Origin: Azolla caroliniana
Taxonomy: Eukaryota > Plantae > Polypodiophyta
Assembly: GCA_043228905.1 (NCBI GenBank)
Contig: JBHGNT010000016.1
Span: 1 to 64,000 of the forward strand
Direction of reading: 5' to 3'
DNA length: 64,000 nt
A program made the position numbers and the translations under genes. Below are positions 27,601 through 40,200 of this stretch, piece by piece. The number at the start of each line of letters is the position of its first letter. Within the stretch, counting starts at the first letter, position 1. The notes beneath the pieces were generated by a model. It had not been told where the DNA came from. It made no database searches and worked only from the letters and a program-made list of their open reading frames with translations.

Positions 27601-28640
27601 AATTAGCTAATTTCTTCATGTCTCTCGACCTGAGTTTAAGAATGTCGATTTTTTAATTCGATATCATAGCTAGCGTTGTTAGCTTCGATACGCATGTTTG
27701 AACACAAAAATCCGATATCACACGAGCCAGGTATGAACATTTTAATTTGCTCACGCGCTCTTCTCAAGTCCCTCCTCAAATTTGCTAATTTCTTCATGTC
27801 TCTCGACCTGAGTTTCAGAATCTTGATTTTTTAATTCTATATCATAGCTAGCGTTGTTAGCTTCGATACGCATGTTTGAACATAAAAATCCGATATCACA
27901 CGAATCAGGTATGAACATTTTAATTGACTCACGCGCTCTTCTCAAGTCCCTCCTCAAATTAGCTAATTTCTTCATGTCTCTCAGCCTGAGTTTCAGAATC
28001 TTGATTTTTTAATTCTTTATCATAGCTAGCGTTGTTAGCTTCGATACGCATGTTTGAACACCAAAATCCGATATCACACGAGCCAGGTATGAACATTTTA
28101 ATTGACTCACGCGCTCTTCTCAAGTCCCTCCTCAAATTTGCTAATTTCGTCATGTCTCTCGACCTAAGTTTCAAAATCTCGATTTTTTAATTCTATATCA
28201 TAGCTAGCGTTGTTAGCTTCGATACGCATGTTTGAACACAAAAATCCGATATCACACGAGCCAGGTATGAACATTTTAATTGACTCACGCGCTCTTCTCA
28301 ACTCCCTCCTCAAATTTGCTAATTTCGTCATGTCTCTCGACCTGAGTTTCAAAATCTTGATTTTTTAATTCTATATCATAGCTAGTGTTGTAAGCTTCGA
28401 TACGCATGTTTGAACACAAAAATCCGATATCACACAAGCCAGGTATGAACATTTTAATTTGCTCACGTGCTCTTCTCAAGTCCCTCCTCAGATTTGCTAA
28501 TTTCTTCATGTCTCTCGACCTGAGTTTCAAAATCATGATTTTTTAATTCGATATCATAGCTAGCGTTGTTAGCTTCGATACGCATGTTTGAACACAAAAA
28601 TCCGATATCACACGAGCCAGGTATGAACATTTTAATTGAC
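12640..28640 (+). repeat. Higher-order repeat, 7821-bp period (44 monomers), two copies plus the start of a third
   Basis: Offset 7821 = 44x178-11 (one 172-bp and one 173-bp monomer) at ORF ends 13189/21010, 15313/23134, 17266/25087, 19275/27096. Marker CTCAACTCCC in register at 12660/20481/28302. An inner 4088-bp (23-mer) relationship also exists (16376/20464, 24197/28285). Boundaries approximate. Confidence 0.9.
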
Positions 28641-31600
28641 TCACGCGCTCTTCTCAAGTCCCTCCTCAAATTTGCTAATTTCATCATGTCTCTCGACCTG
28701 AGTTTCAGAATCTCGATTTTTTAATTCCATATCATAGCTAGCGTTGTTAGCTTCGATACGCATGTTTAGGGTTTAGGGTTCCTCCTCAAAAATCCGATAT
28801 CACACGAGCCAGGTATGAACATTTTAATTGACTCACGCGCTCTTCTCAAGTCCCTCCTCAAATTAGCTAATTTCTTCATGTCTGTCGACCTGAGTTTCAG
28901 AATGTCGATTTTTTAATTCTATATCATAGCTAGCGTTGTTAGCTTCGATACGCATGTTTGAACACAAAAATCCGATATCACACGAGCCAGGTATGAACAT
29001 TTTAATTGACTCACGCGCTCTTCTCAAGTCCCTCCTCAAATTTGCTAATTTCTTCATGTCTCTCGACCTGAGTTTCAGAATCTCGATTTTTTAATTCCAT
29101 ATCATAGCTAGCGTTGTTAGCTTCGATACGCATGTTTGAACACAAAAATCCGATATCACACGAGCCAGGTATGAACATTTTAATTGACTCACGCGCTCTT
29201 CTCAACTCCCTCCTCAAATTTGCTAATTTCGTCATGTCTCTCGACCTGAGTTTCAAAATCTTGATTTTTTAATTCTATATCATAGCTAGTGTTGTTAGCT
29301 TCGATACGCATGTTTGAACACAAAAATCCGATATCACACAAGCCAGGTATGAACATTTTAATTTGCTCACGCGCTCTTCTCAAGTCCCTCCTCAGATTTG
29401 CTAATTTCTTCATGTCTCTCGACCTGAGTTTCAAAATCATGATTTTTTAATTCGATATCATAGCTAGCGTTGTTAGCTTCGATACGCATGTTTGAACACA
29501 AAAATCCGATATCACACGAGCCAGGTATGAACATTTTTATTGACTCACGCGCTCTTCTCAAGTCCCTTCTCAAGTCCCTTCTCATGTCTGTCGGCCTGAG
29601 TTTCAAAATTTTCATTTTTTAATTCCATATTATAGCTAGCGTTGTTAGCTTCGATACGCATGTTTGAACACGAAAATCCGATATCACACGAGCCAGGTAT
29701 GAACATTTTAATTTGCTCACGCGCTCTTCTCAAGTCCCTCCTCAAATTTGCTAATTTCTTCATGTCTCTCGACCTGAGTTTCAGAATCTTGATTTTTTAA
29801 TTCTATATCATAGCTAGCGTTGTTAGCTTCGATACGCATGTTTGAACATAAAAATCCGATATCACACGAGCCAGGTATGAACATTTTAATTGACTCACGC
29901 GCTCTTCTCAAGTCCCTCCTCAAATTTGCTATTTTCTTCATGTCTCTCAGCCTGAGTTTCAAAATCTTGATTTTTTAATTCCATATCATAGCTAGCGTTG
30001 TTAGCTTCGATACGCATGTTTGAACACAAAAATCCGATATCACACGAGCCAGGTATGAACATTTTAATTTAGTCACGGGCTCTTCTAAAGTCCCTCCTCA
30101 AATTTGCTAATTTCTTCATGTCTCTCGACCTGAGTTTCAGAATGTCGATTTTTTAATTCGATATCATAGCTAGCGTTGTTAGCTTCGATACGCAGGTTTG
30201 AACACAAAAATCCGATATCACACGAGCCAGGTATGAACATTTTAATTTGCTCACGCGCTCTTCTCAAGTACCTTCTCAAATTTGCTAATTTCTTCATGTC
30301 TCTCGGCCTGAGTTTCAAAATTTCGATTTTTTAATTCCATATCATAGCTAGCGTTGTTAGCTTCGATACGCATGTTTGAACACGAAAATCCGATATCACA
30401 CGAGCCAGGTATGAACATTTTAATTGACTCACGCGCTCTTCTCAAGTCCCTCCTCAAATTTGCTAATTTCTTCATGTCTCTCGGTCTGAGTTTCAAAATT
30501 TTGATTTTTTAATTCCATATCATAGCTAGCATTGTTAGCTTCGATACGCATGTTTGAACACGAAAATCCGATATCACACGAGCCAGGTATGAACATTTTA
30601 ATTGACTCACGCGCTCTTCTCAAGTCCCTCCTCAAATTTGCTAATTTCTTCATGTCTGTCGGCCTGAGTTTCAAAATCTTGATTTTTTAATTCTATATCA
30701 TAGCTAACGTTGTTAGCTTCGATACGCATGTTTGAACACAAAAATCCGATATCACAAGAGCCAGGTATGAACATTTTAATTGACTCACGCGTTCTTCTCA
30801 AGTCCCTCCTCAAATTAGCTAATTTCGTCATGTCTCTCGACCTGAGTTTCAGAATCTCGATTTTTTAATTCTATATCATAGCTAGCGTTGTTAGCTTCGA
30901 TACGCATGTTTGAACACGAAAATCCGATATCACACGAGCCAGGTATGAACATTTTGATTGACTCACGCGCTCTTCTCAAGTCCCTCCTCAAATTTGCTAA
31001 TTTCTTCATGTCTCTCGACCTGAGTTTCAAAATCTCAATTTTTTAATTCCATATCATAGCTAGCGTTGTTAGCTTCGATACGCATGTTTGAACACAAAAA
31101 TCCGATATCACACGAGCCAGGTATGAACATTTTAATTGACTCACGCGCTCTTCTCAAGTCCCTCCTCAAATTAGCTAATTTCTTCATGTCTCTCGACCTG
31201 AGTTTCAAAATCTCGATTTTTTAATTCTATATCATAGCTAGCGTGGTTAGCTTCGATACGCATGTTTGAACACAAAAATCCGATATCACACGAGCCAGGT
31301 ATGAACATTTTAATTTAGTCACGGGCTCTTCTAAAGTCCCTCCTCAAATTTGCTAATTTCTTCATGTCTCTCGACCTGAGTTTCAAAATCTTGATTTTTT
31401 AATTCGATATCATAGCTAGCGTTGTTAGCTTCGATACGCATGTTTGAACACAAAAATCCGATATCACACGAGCCAGGTATGAACATTTTAATTGACTCAC
31501 GCGCTCTTCTCAAGTCCCTCCTCAAATTTGCTAATTTCGTCATGTCTCTCGACCTAAGTTTCAAAATCTCGATTTTTTAATTCTATATCATAGCTAGCGT

Positions 31601-32630
31601 TGTTAGCTTCGATACGCATGTTTGAACACAAAAATCCGATATCACACGAGCCAGGTATGAACATTTTAATTAAGTCACGGGCTCTTCTAAAGTCCCTCCT
31701 CAAATTTACTAATTTCTTCATGTCTCTCGGCCTGAGTTTCAAAATCTCGATTTTTTAATTCTATATCATAACTAGTGTTGTTAGCTTCGATACGCATGTT
31801 TGAACACAAAATACCGATATCACACGAGCCAGGTATGAACATTTTAATTCAGTCACGGGCTCTTCTAAAGTCCCTCCTCAAATTTGCTAATTTCGTCATG
31901 TCTCTCGACCTGAGTTTCACAATCTCAATTTTTTAATTCCATATCATAGCTAGCGTTGTTAGCTTCGATACGCATGTTTGAACACAAAAATCCGATATCA
32001 CACGAGCCAGGCATGAACATTTTAATTTGCTCACGCGCTCTTCTCAAGTCCCTCCTCAAATTAGCTAATTTCTTCATGTCTCTCGACCTGAGTTTAAGAA
32101 TGTCGATTTTTTAATTCGATATCATAGCTAGCGTTGTTAGCTTCGATACGCATGTTTGAACACAAAAATCCGATATCACACGAGCCAGGTATGAACATTT
32201 TAATTTGCTCACGCGCTCTTCTCAAGTCCCTCCTCAAATTTGCTAATTTCTTCATGTCTCTCGACCTGAGTTTCAGAATCTTGATTTTTTAATTCTATAT
32301 CATAGCTAGCGTTGTTAGCTTCGATACGCATGTTTGAACATAAAAATCCGATATCACACGAATCAGGTATGAACATTTTAATTGACTCACGCGCTCTTCT
32401 CAAGTCCCTCCTCAAATTAGCTAATTTCTTCATGTCTCTCAGCCTGAGTTTCAGAATCTTGATTTTTTAATTCTTTATCATAGCTAGCGTTGTTAGCTTC
32501 GATACGCATGTTTGAACACAAAAATCCGATATCACACGAGCCAGGTATGAACATTTTAATTGACTCACGCGCTCTTCTCAAGTCCCTCCTCAAATTTGCT
32601 AATTTCGTCATGTCTCTCGACCTGAGTTTC
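24550..32630 (+). repeat. Higher-order duplication, 4458-bp offset (25 monomers incl. the 172-bp and the 192-bp telomere-insertion monomer)
   Basis: ORF ends 24553/29011, 25087/29545, 27096/31554, 27959/32417 all differ by 4458 = 25x178-6+14. Confidence 0.88.
28764..28790 (+). repeat. Short interstitial telomeric insertion GTTT-AGGGTTTAGGGTT plus CCTCCT filler inside one satellite monomer
   Basis: Consensus CATGTTT-GAACA-CAAAAATCCG is replaced by CATGTTT-AGGGTTTAGGGTTCCTCCT-CAAAAATCCG (5 bp lost, 19 bp gained at 28768-28786, net +14). ORF spacing 28463 to 29011 = 548 = 3x178+14 confirms the length change. Confidence 0.95.
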
Positions 32631-33369
32631 AAAATCTCAATTTTCTAATTCCATATCATAGCTAGCGTTGTTAGCTTCGATACGCATGTTTGAACACAAA
32701 AATCCGATATCACACGAGCCAGGTATGAACATTTTAATTGACTCACGCGCTCTTCTCAAGTCCCTCCTCAAATTAGCTAATTTCTTCATGTCTCTCGACC
32801 TGAGTTTCAAAATCTCGATTTTTTAATTCTATATCATAGCTAGCGTTGTTAGCTTCGATACGCATGTTTGAACACGAAAATCCGATATCACACGAGCCAG
32901 GTATGAACATTTTAATTGACTCACGCGCTCTTCTCAAGTCCCTCCTCAAATTTGCTAATTTCTTCATGTCTCTCGGCCTAAGTTTCAAAATCTTGATTTT
33001 TTAATTCTATATCATAGCTAGTGTTGTCAGCTTCGATACGCATGTTTGAACACAAAAATCCGATATCACACAAGCCAGGTATGAACATTTTAATTTGCTC
33101 ACGCGCTCTTCTCAAGTCCCTCCTCAGACTTGCTAATTTCTTCATGTCTCTCGACCTGAGTTTCAAAATCATGATTTTTTAATTCGATATCATAGCTAGC
33201 GTTGTTAGCTTCGATACGCATGTTTGAACACAAAAATCCGATATCACACGAGCCAGGTATGAACATTTTAATTAACTCACGCGCTCTTCTCAAGTCCCTC
33301 CTCAAATTTGCTAATTTCTTCATGTCTCTCAGCCTGAGTTTCAAAATCTTGATTTTTTAATTCCATATC

Positions 33370-36300
33370 ATAGCTAGCGTTGTTAGCTTCGATACGCATG
33401 TTTGAACACAAAAATCCGATATCACACGAGCCAGGTATGAACATTTTAATTTGCTCACGCGCTCTTCTCAAGTCCCTTCTTAAATTTGCTAATTTCTTCA
33501 TGTCTCTCGGCCTGAGTGTCAAAATTTCGATTTTTTAATTCCATATCATAGCTAGCGTTGTTAGCTTCGATACGCATGTTTGAACACGAAAATCCGATAT
33601 CACACGAGCCAGGTATGAACATTTTAATTGACTCACGCGCTCTTCTCAAGTCCCTCCTCAAATTTGCTAATTTCTTCATGTCTCTCGGTCTGAGTTTCAA
33701 AATTTTGATTTTTTAATTCCATATCATAGCTAGCGTTGTTAGCTTCGATACGCATGTTTGAACACGAAAATCCGATATCACACGAGCCAGGTATGAACAT
33801 TTTAATTGACTCACGCGCTCTTCTCAAGTCCCTCCTCAAATTTGCTAATTTCTTCATGTCTGTCGGCCTGAGTTTCAAAATCTTGATTTTTTAATTCTAT
33901 ATCATAGCTAGTGTTGTTAGCTTCGATACGCATGTTTGAACACAAAAATCCGATATCACACAAGCCAGGTATGAACATTTTAATTTGCTCACGCGCTCTT
34001 CTCAAGTCCCTCCTCAGATTTGCTAATTTCTTCATGTCTGTCGGCCTGAGTTTCAAAATTTTCATTTTTTAATTCCATATCATAGCTAGCGTTGTTAGCT
34101 TCGATACGCATGTTTGAACACGAAAATCCGATATCACACGAGCCAGGTATTGAACATTTTAATTGACTCACGCGCTCTTCTCAAGTCCCTCCTCAAATTT
34201 GCTAATTTCTTCATGTCTCTCGACCTGAGTTTCAAAATCTCGATTTTTTAATTCTATATCATAGCTAACGTTGTTAGCTTCGATACGCATGTTTGAACAC
34301 AAAAATCCGATATCACACGAGCCAGGTATGAACATTTTAATTTGCTCACGCGCTCTTCTCAATACCCTCCTCAAATTTGCTAATTTCTTCATGTCTCTCG
34401 ACCTGAGTTTCAAAATCTTGATTTTTTAATTCCATATCATAGCTAGCGTTGTTAGCTTCGATACGCATGTTTGAACACAAAAATCCGATATCACACGAGC
34501 CAGGTATGAACATTTTAATTGACTCACGCGCTCTTCTCAAGTCCCTCCTCAAATTTGCTAATTTCTTCATGTCTCTCGACCTGAGTTTCACAATCTCAAT
34601 TTTTTAATTCCATATCATAGCTAACGTTGTTAGCTTCGATACGCATGTTTGAACACAAAAATCCGATATCACAAGAGCCAGGTATGAACATTTTAATTGA
34701 CTCACGCGCTCTTCTCAAGTCCCTCCTCAAATTAGCTAATTTCGTCATGTCTCTCGACCTGAGTTTTAGAATCTCGATTTTTTCATTCTGTATCATAGCT
34801 AGCGTTGTTAGCTTCGATACGCATGTTTGAACACAAAAATCCGATATCACACGAGCCAGTTATGAACATTTTAATTGACTCACGCGCTGTTCTCAAGTCC
34901 CTCCTCAAATTTGCTAATTTCATCATGTCTCTCGACCTGAGTTTCAAAATCTCAATTTTTTAATTCTATATCATAGCTAGCGTTGTTAGCTTTTATACGC
35001 ATGTTTGAACACAGAAATCCGATATCACACGAGCCAGGTATGAACATTTTAATTTGCTCACGCGCTCTTCTCAAGTCCCTCCTCAAATTTGCTAATTTCT
35101 TCATGTCTCTCGACCTGAGTTTCAGAATCTTGATTTTTTAATTTCATATCATAGCTAGCGTTGTTAGCTTCGATACGCATGTTTGAACACAAAAATCCGA
35201 TATCACACGAGCCAGGTATGAACATTTTAATTTAGTCACGGGCTCTTCTAAAGTCCCTCCTCAAATTTGCTAATTTCTTCATGTCTCTCGGCCTGAGTTT
35301 CAAAATTTTGATTTTTTAATTCCATATCATAGCTAGCGTTGTTAGCTTCGATACGCATGTTTGAACACGAAAATCCGATATCACACGAGCCAGGTATGAA
35401 CATTTTAATTTGCTCACGCGCTCTTCTCAAGTCCCTTCTTAAATTTGCTAATTTCTTCATGTCTCTCGGCCTGAGTGTCAAAATTTCGATTTTTTAATTC
35501 CATATCATAGCTAGCGTTGTTAGCTTCGATACGCATGTTTGAACACGAAAATCCGATATCACACGAGCCAGGTATGAACATTTTAATTGACTCACGCGCT
35601 CTTCTCAAGTCCCTCCTCAAATTTGCTAATTTCTTCATGTCTCTCGGTCTGAGTTTCAAAATTTTGATTTTTTAATTCCATATCATAGCTAGCGTTGTTA
35701 GCTTCGATACGCATGTTTGAACACGAAAATCCGATATCACACGAGCCAGGTATGAACATTTTAATTGACTCACGCGCTCTTCTCAAGTCCCTCCTCAAAT
35801 TTGCTAATTTCTTCATGTCTGTCGGCCTGAGTTTCAAAATCTTGATTTTTTAATTCTATATCATAGCTAGTGTTGTTAGCTTCGATACGCATGTTTGAAC
35901 ACAAAAATCCGATATCACACAAGCCAGGTATGAACATTTTAATTTGCTCACGCGCTCTTCTCAAGTCCCTCCTCAGATTTGCTAATTTCTTCATGTCTGT
36001 CGGCCTGAGTTTCAAAATTTTCATTTTTTAATTCCATATCATAGCTAGCGTTGTTAGCTTCGATACGCATGTTTGAACACGAAAATCCGATATCACACGA
36101 GCCAGGTATTGAACATTTTAATTGACTCACGCGCTCTTCTCAAGTCCCTCCTCAAATTTGCTAATTTCTTCATGTCTCTCGACCTGAGTTTCAAAATCTC
36201 GATTTTTTAATTCTATATCATAGCTAACGTTGTTAGCTTCGATACGCATGTTTGAACACAAAAATCCGATATCACACGAGCCAGGTATGAACATTTTAAT

Positions 36301-37260
36301 TTGCTCACGCGCTCTTCTCAATACCCTCCTCAAATTTGCTAATTTCTTCATGTCTCTCGACCTGAGTTTCAAAATCTTGATTTTTTAATTCCATATCATA
36401 GCTAGCGTTGTTAGCTTCGATACGCATGTTTGAACACAAAAATCCGATATCACACGAGCCAGGTATGAACATTTTAATTGACTCACGCGCTCTTCTCAAG
36501 TCCCTCCTCAAATTTGCTAATTTCTTCATGTCTCTCGACCTGAGTTTCACAATCTCAATTTTTTAATTCCATATCATAGCTAACGTTGTTAGCTTCGATA
36601 CGCATGTTTGAACACAAAAATCCGATATCACAAGAGCCAGGTATGAACATTTTAATTGACTCACGCGCTCTTCTCAAGTCCCTCCTCAAATTAGCTAATT
36701 TCGTCATGTCTCTCGACCTGAGTTTTAGAATCTCGATTTTTTCATTCTGTATCATAGCTAGCGTTGTTAGCTTCGATACGCATGTTTGAACACAAAAATC
36801 CGATATCACACGAGCCAGTTATGAACATTTTAATTGACTCACGCGCTCTTCTCAAGTCCCTCCTCAAATTTGCTAATTTCATCATGTCTCTCGACCTGAG
36901 TTTCAAAATCTCAATTTTTTAATTCTATATCATAGCTAGCGTTGTTAGCTTTGATACGCATGTTTGAACACAGAAATCCGATATCACACGAGCCAGGTAT
37001 GAACATTTTAATTTGCTCACGCGCTCTTCTCAAGTCCCTCCTCAAATTTGCTAATTTCTTCATGTCTCTCGACCTGAGTTTCAGAATCTTGATTTTTTAA
37101 TTTCATATCATAGCTAGCGTTGTTAGCTTCGATACGCATGTTTGAACACAAAAATCCGATATCACACGAGCCAGGTATGAACATTTTAATTTAGTCACGG
37201 GCTCTTCTAAAGTCCCTCCTCAAATTTGCTAATTTCTTCATGTCTCTCGGCCTGAGTTTC
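33370..37260 (+). repeat. Higher-order tandem duplication, 1959-bp period (11 monomers incl. one 179-bp variant)
   Basis: ORF ends 33455/35414, 33989/35948, 34596/36555 differ by 1959 = 11x178+1. The private variant TTTTTCATTCTGTATC is present in both copies. Confidence 0.88.
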
Positions 37261-40200
37261 AAAATCTCGATTTTTTAATTCTATATCAGAGCTAGCGTTG
37301 TTAGCTTCGATACGCATGTTTGAACACAAAAATCCGATATCACACGAGCCAGGTATGAACATTTTAATTTAGTCACGGGCTCTTCTAAAGTCCCTCCTCA
37401 AATTTGCTAATTTCTTCATGTCTCTCGACCTAAGTTTCAACATCTTGATTTTTTAATTCTATATTATAGCTAGCGTTGTTAGCTTCGATACGCATGTTTG
37501 AACATAAAAATCCGATATCACACGAGTGAGGTATGAACATTTTAATTGACTCACGCGCTCTTCTCAAGTCCCTCCTCAAATTAGCTAATATCTTCATGTC
37601 TCTCGACCTGAGTTTCAGAATGTCGATTTTTTAATTCGATATCATAGCTAGCGTTGTTAGCTTCGATACGCATGTTTGAACACAAAAATCCGATATCACA
37701 CGAGCCAGGTATGAAAATTTTAATTTGCTCACGCGCTCTTCTCAAGTCCCTTCTCAAATTTGCTAATTTCTTCATGTCTCTCGGCCTGAGTTTCAAAATT
37801 TTGATTTTTTAATTCCATATCATAGCTAGCGTTGTTAGCTTCGATACGCATGTTTGAAGACGAAAATCCGATATCACACGAGCCAGGTATGAACATTTTA
37901 ATTGACTCACGCGCTCTTCTCAAGTCCCTCCTCAAATTTGCTAATTTCTTCATGTCTCTCGGCCTGAGTTTCAAAATCTCGATTCTTTAATTCTATATCA
38001 GAGCTAGCGTTGTTAGCTTCGATACGCATGTTTGAACACAAAAATCCGATATCACACGAGCCAGATATGAACATTTTAATTTAGTCACGGGCTCTTCTAA
38101 ACTCCCTCCTCAAATTTGCTAATTTCTTCATGTCTCTCGACCTGAGTTTCAGAATCTTGATTTTTTAATTCCATATCATAGCTAGCGTTGTTAGCTTCGA
38201 TACGCATGTTTGAACACAAAAATCCGATATCACACGAGCCAGGTATGAACATTTTAATTTAGTCACGGGCTCTTCTAAAGTCCCTCCTCAAATTTGCTAA
38301 TTTCTTCATGTGTCTCGGCCTGAGTTTCAAAATCTCGATTTTTTAATTCTATATCAGAGCTAGCGTTGTTAGCTTCGATACGCATGTTTGAACACAAAAA
38401 TCCGATATCACACGAGCCAGGTATGAACATTTTAATTTAGTCACGGGCTCTTCTAAACTCCCTCCTCAAATTTGCTAATTTCTTCATGTCTCTCGACCTG
38501 AGTTTCAAAATCTCGATTTTTTAATTCTATATCATAGCTAGCGTTGTTAGCTTCGATACGCATGTTTGAACATAAAAATCAGATATCACACGAATCAGGT
38601 ATGAAAATTTTAATTGACTCACGCGCTCTTCTCAAGTCCCTCCTCAAATTAGCTAATTTCTTCATGTCTCTCGACCTGAGTTTCAGAATGTCGATTTTTG
38701 AATTCGATATCATAGCTAGCGTTGTTAGCTTCGATACGCATGTTTGAACACAAAAATCCGATATCACACGAGCCAGGTATGAACATTTTAATTGACTCAC
38801 GCGCTCTTCTCAAGTCCCTCCTCAAATTAGCTAATTTCGTCATATCTCTCGACCTGAGTTTCAGAATCTCGATTTTTTAATTCTATATCATAGCTAGCGT
38901 TGTTAGCTTCGATACGCATGTTTGAACACAAAAATCCGATATCACACGAGCCAGGTATGAACATTTTAATTTAGTCACGCGCTCTTCTCAAGTCCCTCCT
39001 CAAATTTGCTAATTTCTTCATGTCTCTCGACCTGAGTTTCAGAATCTTGATTTTTGAATTCGATATCATAGCTAGCGTTGTTAGCTTCGATACGCATGTT
39101 TGAACACAAAAATCCGATATCACACGAGCCAGGTATGAACATTTTAATTTAGTCACGGGCTCTTCTAAAGTCCCTCCTCAAATTTGCTAATTTCTTCATG
39201 TCTCTCGACCTAAGTTTCAAAATCTTGATTTTTTAATTCTATATTATAGCTAGCGTTGTTAGCTTCGATACGCATGTTTGAACATAAAAATCCGATATCA
39301 CACGAGTGAGGTATGAACATTTTAATTGACTCACGCGCTCTTCTCAAGTCCCTCCTCAAATTAGCTAATTTCTTCATGTCTGTCGACCTGAGTTTCAGAA
39401 TGTCGATTTTTTAATTCGATATCATAGCTAGCGTTGTTAGCTTCGATACGCATGTTTGAACACAAAAATCCGATATCACACGAGCCAGGTATGAAAATTT
39501 TAATTTGCTCACGCGCTCTTCTCAAGTCCCTTCTCAAATTTGCTAATTTCTTCATGTCTCTCGGCCTGAGTTTCAAAATTTTGATTTTTTAGTCCCTTCT
39601 CATGTCTGTCGGCCTGAGTTTCAAAATTTTCATTTTTTAATTCCATATTATAGCTAGCGTTGTTAGCTTCGATACGCATGTTTGAACACGAAAATCCGAT
39701 ATCACACGAGCCAGGTATTGAACATTTTAATTGACTCACTCGCTCTTCTCAAGTCCCTCCTCAAATTTGCTAATTTCTTCATGTCTCTCGACCTGAGTTT
39801 CAAAATCTCGATTTTTTAATTCTATATCATAGCTAACGTTGTTAGCTTCGATACGCATGTTTGAACACAAAAATCCGATATCACACGAGCCAGGTATGAA
39901 CATTTTAATTTGCTCACGCGCTCTTCTCAAGTCCCTCCTCAAATTTGCTAATTTCTTCATGTCTCTCGACCTGAGTTTCAAAATCTTGATTTTTTAATTC
40001 CATATCATAGCTAGCGTTGTTAGCTTCGATACGCATGTTTGAACACAAAAATCCGATATCACACGAGCCAGGTATGAACATTTTAATTTGCTCACGCGCT
40101 CTTCTCAAGTCCCTCCTCAAATTTGCTAATTTCGTCATGTCTCTCGACCTGAGTTTCAAAATCTCAATTTTTTAATTCCATATCATAGCTAGCGTTGTTA

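Noticed and set aside
28764-28790. End-to-end chromosome fusion site
   Set aside because: Only one orientation of ~2 repeats, no head-to-head TTTAGGG/CCCTAAA, and the satellite keeps orientation and phase on both sides.
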